NCBI GenBank assembly: GCA_025458245.1 | Contig: JALOSW010000001.1 | Coordinates: forward strand, 1-54,261 | Direction: 5' to 3' | Source of the DNA: Burkholderiales bacterium | GTDB lineage: Bacteria; Pseudomonadota; Gammaproteobacteria; Burkholderiales; SG8-39 | DNA length: 54,261 nucleotides | Shown here: positions 41,781-50,257 of the stretch, piece by piece | Position numbering within the stretch: the stretch's first letter is position 1 | Layout of the letters: every line of letters starts with the position of its first letter | The notes under the pieces: generated by a model | Told to the model about the DNA's origin: nothing | The model's database searches: none | Seen by the model: the letters and a program-made list of their open reading frames with translations, nothing else | Translations under genes and position numbers: made by a program

Positions 41781-43214
41781 TCAGCCCTTGACGCACAACT
41801 TCGGCCGCAGGAACGCCACGCGCCGTGCGAGGCCCGCTCGCTCCGTCGCCTCGGCCACGAGGTCGACGTCCTTGTATGCGCCTGGCGCCTCCTCCGCGGC
41901 TCCGCGCATCGACTTGGTGCGGATCAGAATTCCCCTCGCGGCGAGCGCATCGATCAGCTCGCGCCCGCGCCAGTGCTTCAACGCCTGGTTGCGGCTCATC
42001 GAGCGGCCCGCGCCGTGGCTGGCCGACGAGAACGCGCGGTGCTCGCTCTCGGCCGTGCCAGCGAGGACATACGAGCCGGTGCCCATGCTACCGCCGATGA
42101 TGACCGGCTGTCCTGCCCCTCGGTACCGGGCCGGGAGCGAGGGATGTCCGGGACCGAACGCGCGGGTCGCCCCCTTGCGGTGGACGTAGAGAAGACGGGG
42201 GCGGCCGTTCACGATGTGCGTCTCGGGCTTGCAGGTATTGTGCGAGACATCGAACAGCGTTTCCAGACTTGCGCTCGGGAAAAAGTGGCGGAATACTCTT
42301 CGACTAAGGTCCGCCAGGATCTGACGATTCGCGAGCGCGCAGTTCATGGCCGCGTTCATCGCGCCGATGTATTGCTTTCCCTCGGCAGAGCGGATCGGCG
42401 CGCACGCAAGCTCCCGGTCGGGAAGCGAGATTCCGAGGCGCGCCGCCCCCCTGGCGAGGCTCACGAGGAAGTCGGTGCCGATCTGGTGGCCCAGGCCGCG
42501 CGAGCCGCAGTGTATCGACACGACGACCTGCCCCTCGGTCAATCCGAACGCGTGCGCGGCTTCCGCGTCGTGGATGCGCTCCACGACCTGCACCTCGAGA
42601 TAGTGGTTGCCGGAGCCGAGCGTGCCCATCTCTCCGCGCTGGCGCTTTTTCGCGAGGTCGGAGACGCATTGAGGATCGGCGTCGGCCATGCAGCCACGCT
42701 CCTCGATGAACTCGAGATCGGCCTCCTCGCCGTAGCCCATGCCGACCGCCCAGCGCGCGCCGCCGCGCAGCACTGCGTCGAGTTCGCGCGGCGCGAGCCG
42801 GAGGTCGCCCTCCTCGCCCACGCCCGCGGGAATCGTCTCGAACAGACTATCGGCCAGCGGCCGGGCTACCGGCTCGATGTCCGCGAGCGTCAGGTCCGTG
42901 CGCAGGCAGCGGATGCCGCACGAGATGTCGAAACCCACGCCGCCCGCGGAGATGATGCCGCCCGCGTCCGGATCGAACGCCGCGACGCCGCCGATCGGGA
43001 AGCCGTAGCCCCAGTGCGCGTCGGGCATGGTCATCGCGGCGCCGACGAGCCCCGGCAGCTTCGCGACGTTGGTGATCTGCTCGAGCACCTTGTCGTCCAT
43101 GTGCAGGACGAGGTCCCTGCTCGCGTACAGCCGCACGTCTGCGCGCGTTTCGCCCGGCGCCTTGGGCGCGGACCATGACCAGTCGTCGATCGCCTCGAGC
43201 TTGTCGAGATTCAT
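41781..43214 (-). CDS. rtcB: RNA 3'-phosphate ligase RtcB, long archaeal/eukaryal-like form
   Basis: 477 aa, MPDAHWGYGFPIGGVAAF, GGVGFDISCGIR, SGNHYLEVQ, HCGSRGLGHQ, HNTC...HRKGATRA. Confidence 0.95.
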   Translation of the reverse strand: MNLDKLEAIDDWSWSAPKAPGETRADVRLYASRDLVLHMDDKVLEQITNVAKLPGLVGAAMTMPDAHWGYGFPIGGVAAFDPDAGGIISAGGVGFDISCGIRCLRTDLTLADIEPVARPLADSLFETIPAGVGEEGDLRLAPRELDAVLRGGARWAVGMGYGEEADLEFIEERGCMADADPQCVSDLAKKRQRGEMGTLGSGNHYLEVQVVERIHDAEAAHAFGLTEGQVVVSIHCGSRGLGHQIGTDFLVSLARGAARLGISLPDRELACAPIRSAEGKQYIGAMNAAMNCALANRQILADLSRRVFRHFFPSASLETLFDVSHNTCKPETHIVNGRPRLLYVHRKGATRAFGPGHPSLPARYRGAGQPVIIGGSMGTGSYVLAGTAESEHRAFSSASHGAGRSMSRNQALKHWRGRELIDALAARGILIRTKSMRGAAEEAPGAYKDVDLVAEATERAGLARRVAFLRPKLCVKG

Positions 43215-43326
43215 TCGGTCCTGTGCTCCATGCGCCCGAACACCCCCTCCGGTGCGTCGCCTCTGCCTCTACCGCGCCCGCAGCAGCGGCGATCCGGAGC
43301 GCACCTGACGGCACGTCGTGCGCACG

Positions 43327-43773
43327 CTACACGTCCACAACGCACCGCGCCTCCCAGCCCTCCGGCCCTTCGCGCACCGAGAGCATGGTCAACGTCGCGC
43401 CTTTCACCTCGGTGCCGCGTTCGTGGCGCGCCGCCCACGGTTCCCCCCATGCGTCGCCGCGCCACCGCGGCCCATCGCGTGCCAGCGCGAACGCGCCGAG
43501 CACGAGACCCCGCTCGCGGGCGTGAGCCAGAAGCAGGTTGAGCCAGGTCACGAGCGCGAGTTCGACGTCCTCTTCTTCGAACGCGATTGCCACGCGCGAG
43601 GCCCGCTCGACCTGCTCGGGCGGACACATGATCGCGAACATGGCCCGCGCCGCCGCGACGAACGCATCGGCGACCGTGCTGCCGCGGCCCACCACGCCGA
43701 TGTCCGCTTCGTGCTCGAAATACGCATCCGCGGAAGGCGCGTCCGCGCTCACGGAATCACGACCACCGGGCAT
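43327..43773 (-). CDS. Archease (RtcB activator)
   Basis: YFEHEADIGVVGRG...VKGATLTMLSV...ARCVVDV. Start is either the ATG at 43773 (148 aa) or the GTG at 43752 (141 aa), which overlaps the upstream stop as GTGA. Confidence 0.85.
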   Translation of the reverse strand: MPGGRDSVSADAPSADAYFEHEADIGVVGRGSTVADAFVAAARAMFAIMCPPEQVERASRVAIAFEEEDVELALVTWLNLLLAHARERGLVLGAFALARDGPRWRGDAWGEPWAARHERGTEVKGATLTMLSVREGPEGWEARCVVDV

Positions 43774-44555
43774 CCGGCCCCCTCCAGCAGCGAGGCGACG
43801 CCGCCGGCGTTGCGGACGCTCTCGCGCCCCGGCCAGAGGAGCACGCCCGCACGGACGGCGCGCGCGGCCCGCGCCACCGTGACCGCGTCGCTTCCGGGCA
43901 CGATGAGGTAGTCGACGGCCGCGAGCCCTCTCCGCGCAAGCCATTCGCCCACGCTGAGACGCGCGCGGCGGAAGGCTTCCGGGCTCACGGCGGGAACGAG
44001 CACCACGATCTCGGCGCCGGCGACGTCTGCATACGCCTGCGCCGCGTCCAGCACGCGGTCCCCCGACGCGGAGCCGTCGAGCACGACCGCGACCGGGCGC
44101 GACATCAGTGCAGCGAGACCCCGCCCCGCCGTTCCGCGCCCCGCGATGGGCGCAGCGAAGCTCGCGCCGCGTCCGATGACCACCCAGTCGCCGGTGCCGA
44201 AGTGGGCGAGCAGCGTGGGCAGCATCTCGCCCTGCACGACGTCGAGCCCCCAGGGAATTTGCAGCGCCCGCGCCGTCGCATCGAGCGCCTGCCGCACGAC
44301 TGCCGCCTGCGCACGCAGCATGCGCTCGACCGCAGGCGGCTCGAACGCGCGCCGCTCCGCAGAAGCCCGACCGAGCTCGCGCGTGAACGGCAGCGCCGCG
44401 GCGCGCGCGAGCTGCGCGCTCTGCACGACCACGGCACGCAGCTCCGCCCGGAGCCCGAGCGCGAGCGCTGCCGCGGCCTCGACCAGAGGCTCGACGCGCG
44501 TCGCACTGTCGAGCGCCAGCACGACACGACGCACCGCAAGCGCGTTATCGGCCAT
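43749..44555 (-). CDS. Hypothetical protein with two USP-like (adenine-nucleotide alpha-hydrolase fold) halves
   Basis: 268 aa. Each half looks like VVLALDS...DWVVIGR and VAVVLDGS...GGVASLLEGAGCPVVVIP, resembling UspA-type domains. No clear ATP-binding G-x2-G-x9-G(S/T) motif seen. Confidence 0.5.
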   Translation of the reverse strand: MADNALAVRRVVLALDSATRVEPLVEAAAALALGLRAELRAVVVQSAQLARAAALPFTRELGRASAERRAFEPPAVERMLRAQAAVVRQALDATARALQIPWGLDVVQGEMLPTLLAHFGTGDWVVIGRGASFAAPIAGRGTAGRGLAALMSRPVAVVLDGSASGDRVLDAAQAYADVAGAEIVVLVPAVSPEAFRRARLSVGEWLARRGLAAVDYLIVPGSDAVTVARAARAVRAGVLLWPGRESVRNAGGVASLLEGAGCPVVVIP

Positions 44556-46998
44556 TCGAGCCGCCTCTGCGAGCGCCTCGCGCCCGGTGCTGCGCCGCGG
44601 GAGCGCCGCGACGCAATGCCGCGTACTCGCGAAGCCGCGCTGCAGCCCTTCCGTTCACCGTCTGCTCAGGGTACTCCCCGAGGTGATGCGGCGTGCCGGC
44701 GGGCACCCCGGTCAGCGTCTCGATCGCCTCGTCCACGGTGCGCACGGGAACGACGTGAAAGCGCCCGCCCGCCGCGGCGTCCACGACGTCGTCGCGCAGC
44801 ATGAGATGCGGCACGTTCGCCGCGGGAATGATCACGCCCTGGTCGCCGGTGAGCCCGCGCGCGCGGCAGACGTCGAAGAAGCCCTCGATTTTCTCGTTGA
44901 CCCCGCCGATCGCCTGCACCTCGCCGAGCTGGTTGACCGACCCGGTGACGGCGAGCGACTGCCGGACGGGAACGTCCGCGAGCGAGGAAACCAGTGCGCA
45001 AAGCTCCGCGAGCGAGGCGCTATCGCCTTCCACTTCGCCGTAGGTCTGCTCGAAGACGAGGCTCGCCGCGAGCGAGTGCGGATGCGGCCCCGAGTAGCGC
45101 GCGGCGAGGAACGAGGACAGGATCAGCACACCCTTCGAGTGGATCGCTCCGCCGAGCTGCACCTCGCGCTGGACGTCGATGACCTGTCCGTCGCCGGCGC
45201 GCGTCGTGGCGGTGATGCGCATCGGCGCGCCGAACGCTTCGCCGCCTGCCTCGAACACCGCGAGCCCGTTCACCTGCGCCACCTTCGCGCCGGCGGTATC
45301 GATGAGGAGCGTGCCGCGCACGATCGCCTCGTCGAGACGCTCCTTGACGCGCGCGGCGCGGTCGCGCCGCGCCGCGATCGCGCCGGCGATGTCCTCGCGC
45401 GCGAGAGCCGACGCCCCACGCGCTCGCGCGAGATGGTCCGCCTCGCCCATCAGCGCGACCAGCGCGTCGACGTCCGCCGCGATCTTCGTCGCGTCCCCCG
45501 CACTGCGCGACCCCTGCTCGACGAGCCGAGCGATGGCGTTCCCGGCGAGCGGCAGGAGCCCCTCGCGCCGCGCGATCGTCCCGATGAGCTCGGCGTAGAG
45601 CCGCGTGTTCTCGGGCGTGCGCTCGAACGATTCCTCGAAGTCGGCGGCGACGCGGAAGAGCTTGCCGAAATCCGGGTCGTAGGCCGAGAGGAGGTAATAC
45701 AGGATGCGCTCGCCGAACAGGATCACCTTGACCTTGAGCGGGATCGGCTCGGGCTCGAGGGAAACGGTGGAGACGAGGCTGTACATCTCGCCCAGCGACT
45801 CGACGCGGACGTCGCCGCGCACCAGCGCGCGCTTGAGTCCGTCGTACGCGAAGGGCTGCACGAGCAGCTTCGCCGCGTCCACGAGCAGGAAGCCGCCGTT
45901 CGCCCGGTGCAGCGCACCCGGCTTGATCAGGTTGAAGTCCGTGACCAGCGTGCCGAGCTGCGCGATGTGGTCGATGCGCCCGACGAGGTTCTGGAAAGTC
46001 GGATGGTCGGCGACGACGACGGGCGCGCCGTCGCCCGCGCCGCGGCTCACGATCACGTTGATGTCGTAGCGGCGCAGCCCCGACTCGTCGCGCGTGCCGC
46101 GCATGAGCGCCGGCGGCCCTTCCTCGCGCTTGCGGAAGTCGTCCGCGTTCTCGATCAGCTCCTGCTGGACGGCGTCGAGGTAGCTCACGACGCGCGGCAG
46201 CCCGTCGTAGCGCGTCTTGAGCTCCGCGACCGCGTGGCCCACCGCGAGCAGGACCATCTCCCGATTCAGGGCGCGCACGCGCTCGTGCCGCTCCTTGCGC
46301 CAGCGCAGCGCGTCGCGGATCAGCCGCTCGAGCTTCGTCTGCAGATCGGTGATCGTGGTCTCGACGCGCTTCTGCTCGGCCTCCGGCAGCTTGGCGAACT
46401 CGTCGGGCGCCAGGACCTCGCCGTTTTTCACGGGCGCGAACGAGAAGCCGGCGGGCGTGCGCAGGAGCGCGATCGACTCGCGGCTCGCCTCCTCGCCGAG
46501 TTCGTTCAGGGCGCGCTCGTGCCGCTCGGTGAAATCGGCGTCGATCTCGGCCACCTTGGCCGTGTACTCCTCGCTCTCGAACACCGCGGGGATGGTCGAA
46601 CGCAGCTCCTCCACGAGCTGCTGCATGTCGCGCTTCAATTCCTCGCCGCGCCCGGGGGGCAGATCGATCGCGATCGGCTTGCCCGGATGCGCGAAGTTGT
46701 TGACGTAGACCCAGTCCGGCGGCGGCGTCGCGCCGCCACCGCGCTCGTCGAGGAACTGGCGCACCAGCGTGTGCTTGCCGGTCCCGGGAGGTCCCATTAC
46801 GAACAGGTTGTAGCCGACGCGCTCGATGCCGATGCCGAGCGCGACGGCTTCGGTGGCACGTCGCTGTCCCACGACATGCCCAAGATCGGCGAGCTCGTCG
46901 GTGGTCGCGAACCCGAGCGCCGCGGCGTCGCACCGGCGCACGAGCCGGTCGGCGGGCAGTGCGCGCGCCGCGACGGCGAGGGACGATTCGGGGGTCAC
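44545..46998 (-). CDS. Lon-family AAA+ protease-like protein
   Basis: 817 aa, GTG start. Walker A is GPPGTGKHT. The C-terminal Lon proteolytic domain has Ser in EGDSASLAE and Lys in GGVNEKIEGF. Lies 12 nt after the pncB stop and overlaps the next gene by 11 nt. Confidence 0.8.
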   Translation of the reverse strand: MTPESSLAVAARALPADRLVRRCDAAALGFATTDELADLGHVVGQRRATEAVALGIGIERVGYNLFVMGPPGTGKHTLVRQFLDERGGGATPPPDWVYVNNFAHPGKPIAIDLPPGRGEELKRDMQQLVEELRSTIPAVFESEEYTAKVAEIDADFTERHERALNELGEEASRESIALLRTPAGFSFAPVKNGEVLAPDEFAKLPEAEQKRVETTITDLQTKLERLIRDALRWRKERHERVRALNREMVLLAVGHAVAELKTRYDGLPRVVSYLDAVQQELIENADDFRKREEGPPALMRGTRDESGLRRYDINVIVSRGAGDGAPVVVADHPTFQNLVGRIDHIAQLGTLVTDFNLIKPGALHRANGGFLLVDAAKLLVQPFAYDGLKRALVRGDVRVESLGEMYSLVSTVSLEPEPIPLKVKVILFGERILYYLLSAYDPDFGKLFRVAADFEESFERTPENTRLYAELIGTIARREGLLPLAGNAIARLVEQGSRSAGDATKIAADVDALVALMGEADHLARARGASALAREDIAGAIAARRDRAARVKERLDEAIVRGTLLIDTAGAKVAQVNGLAVFEAGGEAFGAPMRITATTRAGDGQVIDVQREVQLGGAIHSKGVLILSSFLAARYSGPHPHSLAASLVFEQTYGEVEGDSASLAELCALVSSLADVPVRQSLAVTGSVNQLGEVQAIGGVNEKIEGFFDVCRARGLTGDQGVIIPAANVPHLMLRDDVVDAAAGGRFHVVPVRTVDEAIETLTGVPAGTPHHLGEYPEQTVNGRAAARLREYAALRRGAPAAQHRARGARRGGSNGR

Positions 46999-47010
46999 GG
47001 TGTGCCGATC

Positions 47011-48339
47011 TCAGGACGTTGCCCGATCGACGTCGGCGGCGAGTGCCTGCAGCGACGGCGCGATTTCGACCGGATAGGGTTCCGCTGCGTCGGAAAGCGC
47101 CCGCAATCCCGTCGGCAATCGGGCAAGCTCGGATTGAGCGTAGCCCCGCGCGGCGGCAAGCGCAACCGGCGCCCCCACGCGCCGCCCGCCGCGCATGACC
47201 GGCGCGAGCAGCGGCGCGCCCGGCTGCGCATCCGTTTCGAGCGACACGACGTCGCCGGCGAGCGTTCCGTCGGATGCGTATCGGCGAAACACCTGTTTGC
47301 GCCCCGGCCAGGTCGCCTTTCCGCTCGATCGCTTGCGTCTCGCCCGGCCGTCGTATTCCTGCAGCTTGTACACGCAGTCGAGGTAAGGCGCGTCGGAAGA
47401 GGTCGCGAGGCTGGTGCCGATCCCGAACGCATCGATCGGCGCACCCCCGGCGACGAGGTCCGCAACGCGGTATTCGTCGAGGTTGCCGCTCGCGAAGACG
47501 ATGGCGTCGGGCAGTCCGGCGTCGTCGAGGATGCGGCGCACCTGCCGCGAGAGCGTTGCGAGATCTCCGGAGTCGAGCCGGACGCCGCGGATCGCGCAGC
47601 CTTGCGCCGCGAGCGCCGCGGCCTTCCTCGCGCCCGCCACGGTGTCGTAGGTGTCGATCAGGAGCACGGCGTTTTTCGGAAACACCCGGGCAAAATGGGC
47701 GAACGCCTCGGCCTCGGTCTCGTGCGCCTGCACGAAGGAGTGCGCCATCGTGCCGACCACCGGGATCCCGAACATCGGCCCGGCGAGCGTGGTGGCCGTG
47801 CCCGCGAACCCTGCGAGATAGCTCGCGCGCGCCGCGAGCAGCCCCGCTTCGCCGCCGTGTGCGCGGCGCAGGCCGAAGTCGACGAGCCCTTTCCCGCGCG
47901 CAGCGAGCACCGCGCGCGAGGCTTTCGATGCGATCAGCGTCTCGTAGTGGACGAGGTTGAGAAGCCGCGTCTCGAGAAGCTGCGCCTCGGGGAGCGGAGC
48001 CGTCACGCGCAGGATCGGCTCGTTCGCAAAGAACACCGTGCCTTCGGGCATCGCATGGATGTCGCCCGTGAACCGAAGTCCGCCCAGCGTTGCGGCGAAC
48101 CCGCTCCGAAACAGTCCGCTCGCATCGACCCATTCGAGCTCTTCTGCGGAGAAGCGCAACCCCTCGACGAAGCCGAGCGCCTGATCGAGCCCCGCCGCCA
48201 TCAGGAAGTTTCGGTGCGGCGGCAGCTTGCGCACGAACAGCTCGAACACTGCAGTGCCGCGCATGCCCGCGGCGACGTACGCCTGCAGCATGGTGAGCTG
48301 ATAGAGGTCGGTGAGGAGCGGGCTCGAAAGGGGACTCAT
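47011..48339 (-). CDS. pncB: Nicotinate phosphoribosyltransferase
   Basis: 442 aa, LLTDLYQLTMLQAY, DFGLRRAHG, GTMAHSF, SGNLDE. Confidence 0.9.
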   Translation of the reverse strand: MSPLSSPLLTDLYQLTMLQAYVAAGMRGTAVFELFVRKLPPHRNFLMAAGLDQALGFVEGLRFSAEELEWVDASGLFRSGFAATLGGLRFTGDIHAMPEGTVFFANEPILRVTAPLPEAQLLETRLLNLVHYETLIASKASRAVLAARGKGLVDFGLRRAHGGEAGLLAARASYLAGFAGTATTLAGPMFGIPVVGTMAHSFVQAHETEAEAFAHFARVFPKNAVLLIDTYDTVAGARKAAALAAQGCAIRGVRLDSGDLATLSRQVRRILDDAGLPDAIVFASGNLDEYRVADLVAGGAPIDAFGIGTSLATSSDAPYLDCVYKLQEYDGRARRKRSSGKATWPGRKQVFRRYASDGTLAGDVVSLETDAQPGAPLLAPVMRGGRRVGAPVALAAARGYAQSELARLPTGLRALSDAAEPYPVEIAPSLQALAADVDRATS

Positions 48340-48420
48340 GCTTTCAGGTCGCCTCGCGGAGGGCGCCGGCGCCTTGGCGCGGCGCTCGATGCCACCTTGT
48401 CACCCGCACGTACCACCGGG

Positions 48421-48434
48421 TTGACCCATGTCAA
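48421..48434. promoter_or_regulatory. FNR/FixK-type box TTGACCCATGTCAA in the pncB / acyl-CoA-ligase divergent region
   Basis: Exact TTGA-N6-TCAA palindrome (TTGAC/GTCAA). Its centre is about 88 nt from the pncB ATG and about 115 nt from the ligase ATG. Confidence 0.45.
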
Positions 48435-48465
48435 ACGCCTCGGCGGCGCGGCGCGCCGAATCGGC

Positions 48466-48495
48466 TTGCCGGTGCGCGAGCCCGGCTGCTAGATT
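48466..48495 (+). promoter_or_regulatory. Putative sigma-70 promoter of the ligase/ThDP-enzyme pair
   Basis: TTGCCG, an 18-nt spacer, then TAGATT. Confidence 0.35.
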
Positions 48496-48541
48496 GTCCG
48501 CCGGAGGAGGCTCGGCGCCGTATCGCGCAGCGCCAATCGAC

Positions 48542-50257
48542 ATGAGCATTGCCGACACGCGACCCTGGCTGCGGTTCTACGGGCGCGTCCCGCACCGTCT
48601 CGACTACCCGCAGGCGACGCTCTACGAGGCGCTCGCCCGGACCGCCGCACGCGTGCCCGATGCGATCGCGTGGGACTTCCTCGATACCGAGTCGACCTAT
48701 CGCGATTTTCTCGCGGCGATCGACCATTGCGCCGACGCGCTCGCCGCGCTCGGGCTCGGCACGGGCGACCGGATCCTCGTCTCCATGCCGACTTCGCCGC
48801 AGGGCATCATCGCCTTCTACGCCGCGAACAAGCTCGGCGCCGTGCCGGCGATGATCCATCCGCTCTCCACCGGACCCGAGATCGAGCATTACCTCGACGC
48901 GAGCGGCGCACGCATCGCCCTCACGCTCGATGCGTTCTATCGCGTATTCGCCGGACTGAAACCCCGCATCCCGCTCGACACGCTCCTCCTCGCGCGCATC
49001 CCCGACTATCTCTCGCCGCTCAAGAAGTTCGGGTTCTGGCTCGCCAAGGGCCGCAAGATCCCTGCCGTCCCCGCAGACCCGCGGGTGCGCTGGTGGTCCG
49101 ACGTGATGGGCGGCACCTACCCGGCGGCGCCGCGCGCGGCAACGACCACGGACGATCCCGCGGCCATCCTTTTCTCCGGCGGCACGACCGGCGTGCCGAA
49201 AGGCATCCTGCTTTCCAGCCGGAACTTCATCGCCGAAGGGATGCAGGCGGCGGCTTGGGGCGGCATGACCCAGAGCGACGCGATTCTCGCGATCCTGCCG
49301 ATCTTTCACGGCTTCGGGCTCGGCGTGTGCGTCAACGCGGCGTTCATGGCCGGCGGCAAGTCGATCCTCGTGCCGATATTCGACGCAGCGACCGTGGCGA
49401 AGCTCCTCAGGACGAAGCGCCCCAACCTGCTGGTGGGCGTGCCGACGCTCTACGACGCGCTCTCGAAGGATCCGTCGCTCGCCAAGTCCGACCTCTCGTG
49501 CCTGCATGCGACGTTCTCGGGGGCAGATACCCTGCCCCGCCCGGTGAAGGAACGGTTCGAGACGCTGGTGGCGGAGCGCGGCGGCAAGGTGAAGCTCCTC
49601 GAGGGCTACGGGCTCACCGAAGCCGTCACGGCGATCATGGCGACCCCGCTCGACGAGTATCGCGAAGGCTCGATCGGCATCCCGTTCCCGGACATGCTCG
49701 CGAAAGTCTGCCGACCCGGGACGACGGAGGAGCTCCCGCCCGGCGCCGAAGGCGAGATCTGCGTCGCCGGCCCTGCGGTGATGCTCGGCTATCTCGACGA
49801 TCCGGAAGCGACGGCCGCGACGCTGAAGACCCACCCCGACGGCCGGACGTGGCTGCACACCGGCGATCTCGGCAAAGTGGACGCCGACGGCTTCTTTTAC
49901 TTCACGGTGCGGGCGAAGCGGATGATCAAGTCGTCGGGCTTCAACGTCTATCCGGCGCAGGTCGAGGCGGTGCTCTACAAGCACCCGCTCGTCGCGGAGG
50001 CGTGCGTGGTGGGCGTGCCGGATCCGTCCCAGGTCGAGCGCGTGAAGGCGTACGTGGTGCTCAAGGATGCCTCGCAGGCCGGGCCCGCCGCGGAGCAGGC
50101 GCTGATCGAACATTGCCGGCAGCAGCTCATCAAGTGGTCGTGCCCGCGCGAGGTCGAGTTCAAGGCCGAGCTGCCGAAAACGCGGGTCGGCAAGATCGAT
50201 TACAGGATGCTCGTCGAGGAGCATGTCGCCCGCGAGGGCAGGAAGGAAAGCGCGTGA
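48542..50257 (+). CDS. AMP-dependent acyl-CoA synthetase/ligase
   Basis: 571 aa from [32 protein letters not shown]...DGFFYF..R.K. The upstream part of the track ORF is an extension. Confidence 0.88.
   Translation: MSIADTRPWLRFYGRVPHRLDYPQATLYEALARTAARVPDAIAWDFLDTESTYRDFLAAIDHCADALAALGLGTGDRILVSMPTSPQGIIAFYAANKLGAVPAMIHPLSTGPEIEHYLDASGARIALTLDAFYRVFAGLKPRIPLDTLLLARIPDYLSPLKKFGFWLAKGRKIPAVPADPRVRWWSDVMGGTYPAAPRAATTTDDPAAILFSGGTTGVPKGILLSSRNFIAEGMQAAAWGGMTQSDAILAILPIFHGFGLGVCVNAAFMAGGKSILVPIFDAATVAKLLRTKRPNLLVGVPTLYDALSKDPSLAKSDLSCLHATFSGADTLPRPVKERFETLVAERGGKVKLLEGYGLTEAVTAIMATPLDEYREGSIGIPFPDMLAKVCRPGTTEELPPGAEGEICVAGPAVMLGYLDDPEATAATLKTHPDGRTWLHTGDLGKVDADGFFYFTVRAKRMIKSSGFNVYPAQVEAVLYKHPLVAEACVVGVPDPSQVERVKAYVVLKDASQAGPAAEQALIEHCRQQLIKWSCPREVEFKAELPKTRVGKIDYRMLVEEHVAREGRKESA

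Noticed and set aside
44146-48492. A 1448-aa plus-strand ORF, together with the 1037-aa minus-strand ORF at 45020-48133.
   Set aside because: They lie antisense to, or out of frame with, the clearly recognisable Lon-like and pncB genes. Their Arg/Ala/Gly/Pro-dominated composition with no motifs is typical of stop-poor shadow frames in very GC-rich DNA.
48481-48495. A 9-nt identity (CTGCTAGAT) between this region and the sigma-54 promoter region at 33230-33239. I considered it as a second sigma-54 promoter.
   Set aside because: The -24 GG is missing at the required spacing. The sequence fits a sigma-70 -10 (TAGATT) instead.
48505-48512. A GGAGGAGG Shine-Dalgarno-like tract suggesting an upstream start or a leader ORF for the acyl-CoA ligase.
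   Set aside because: No ATG, GTG or TTG lies within a usable distance downstream. The family-typical N-terminus begins at the ATG at 48542.
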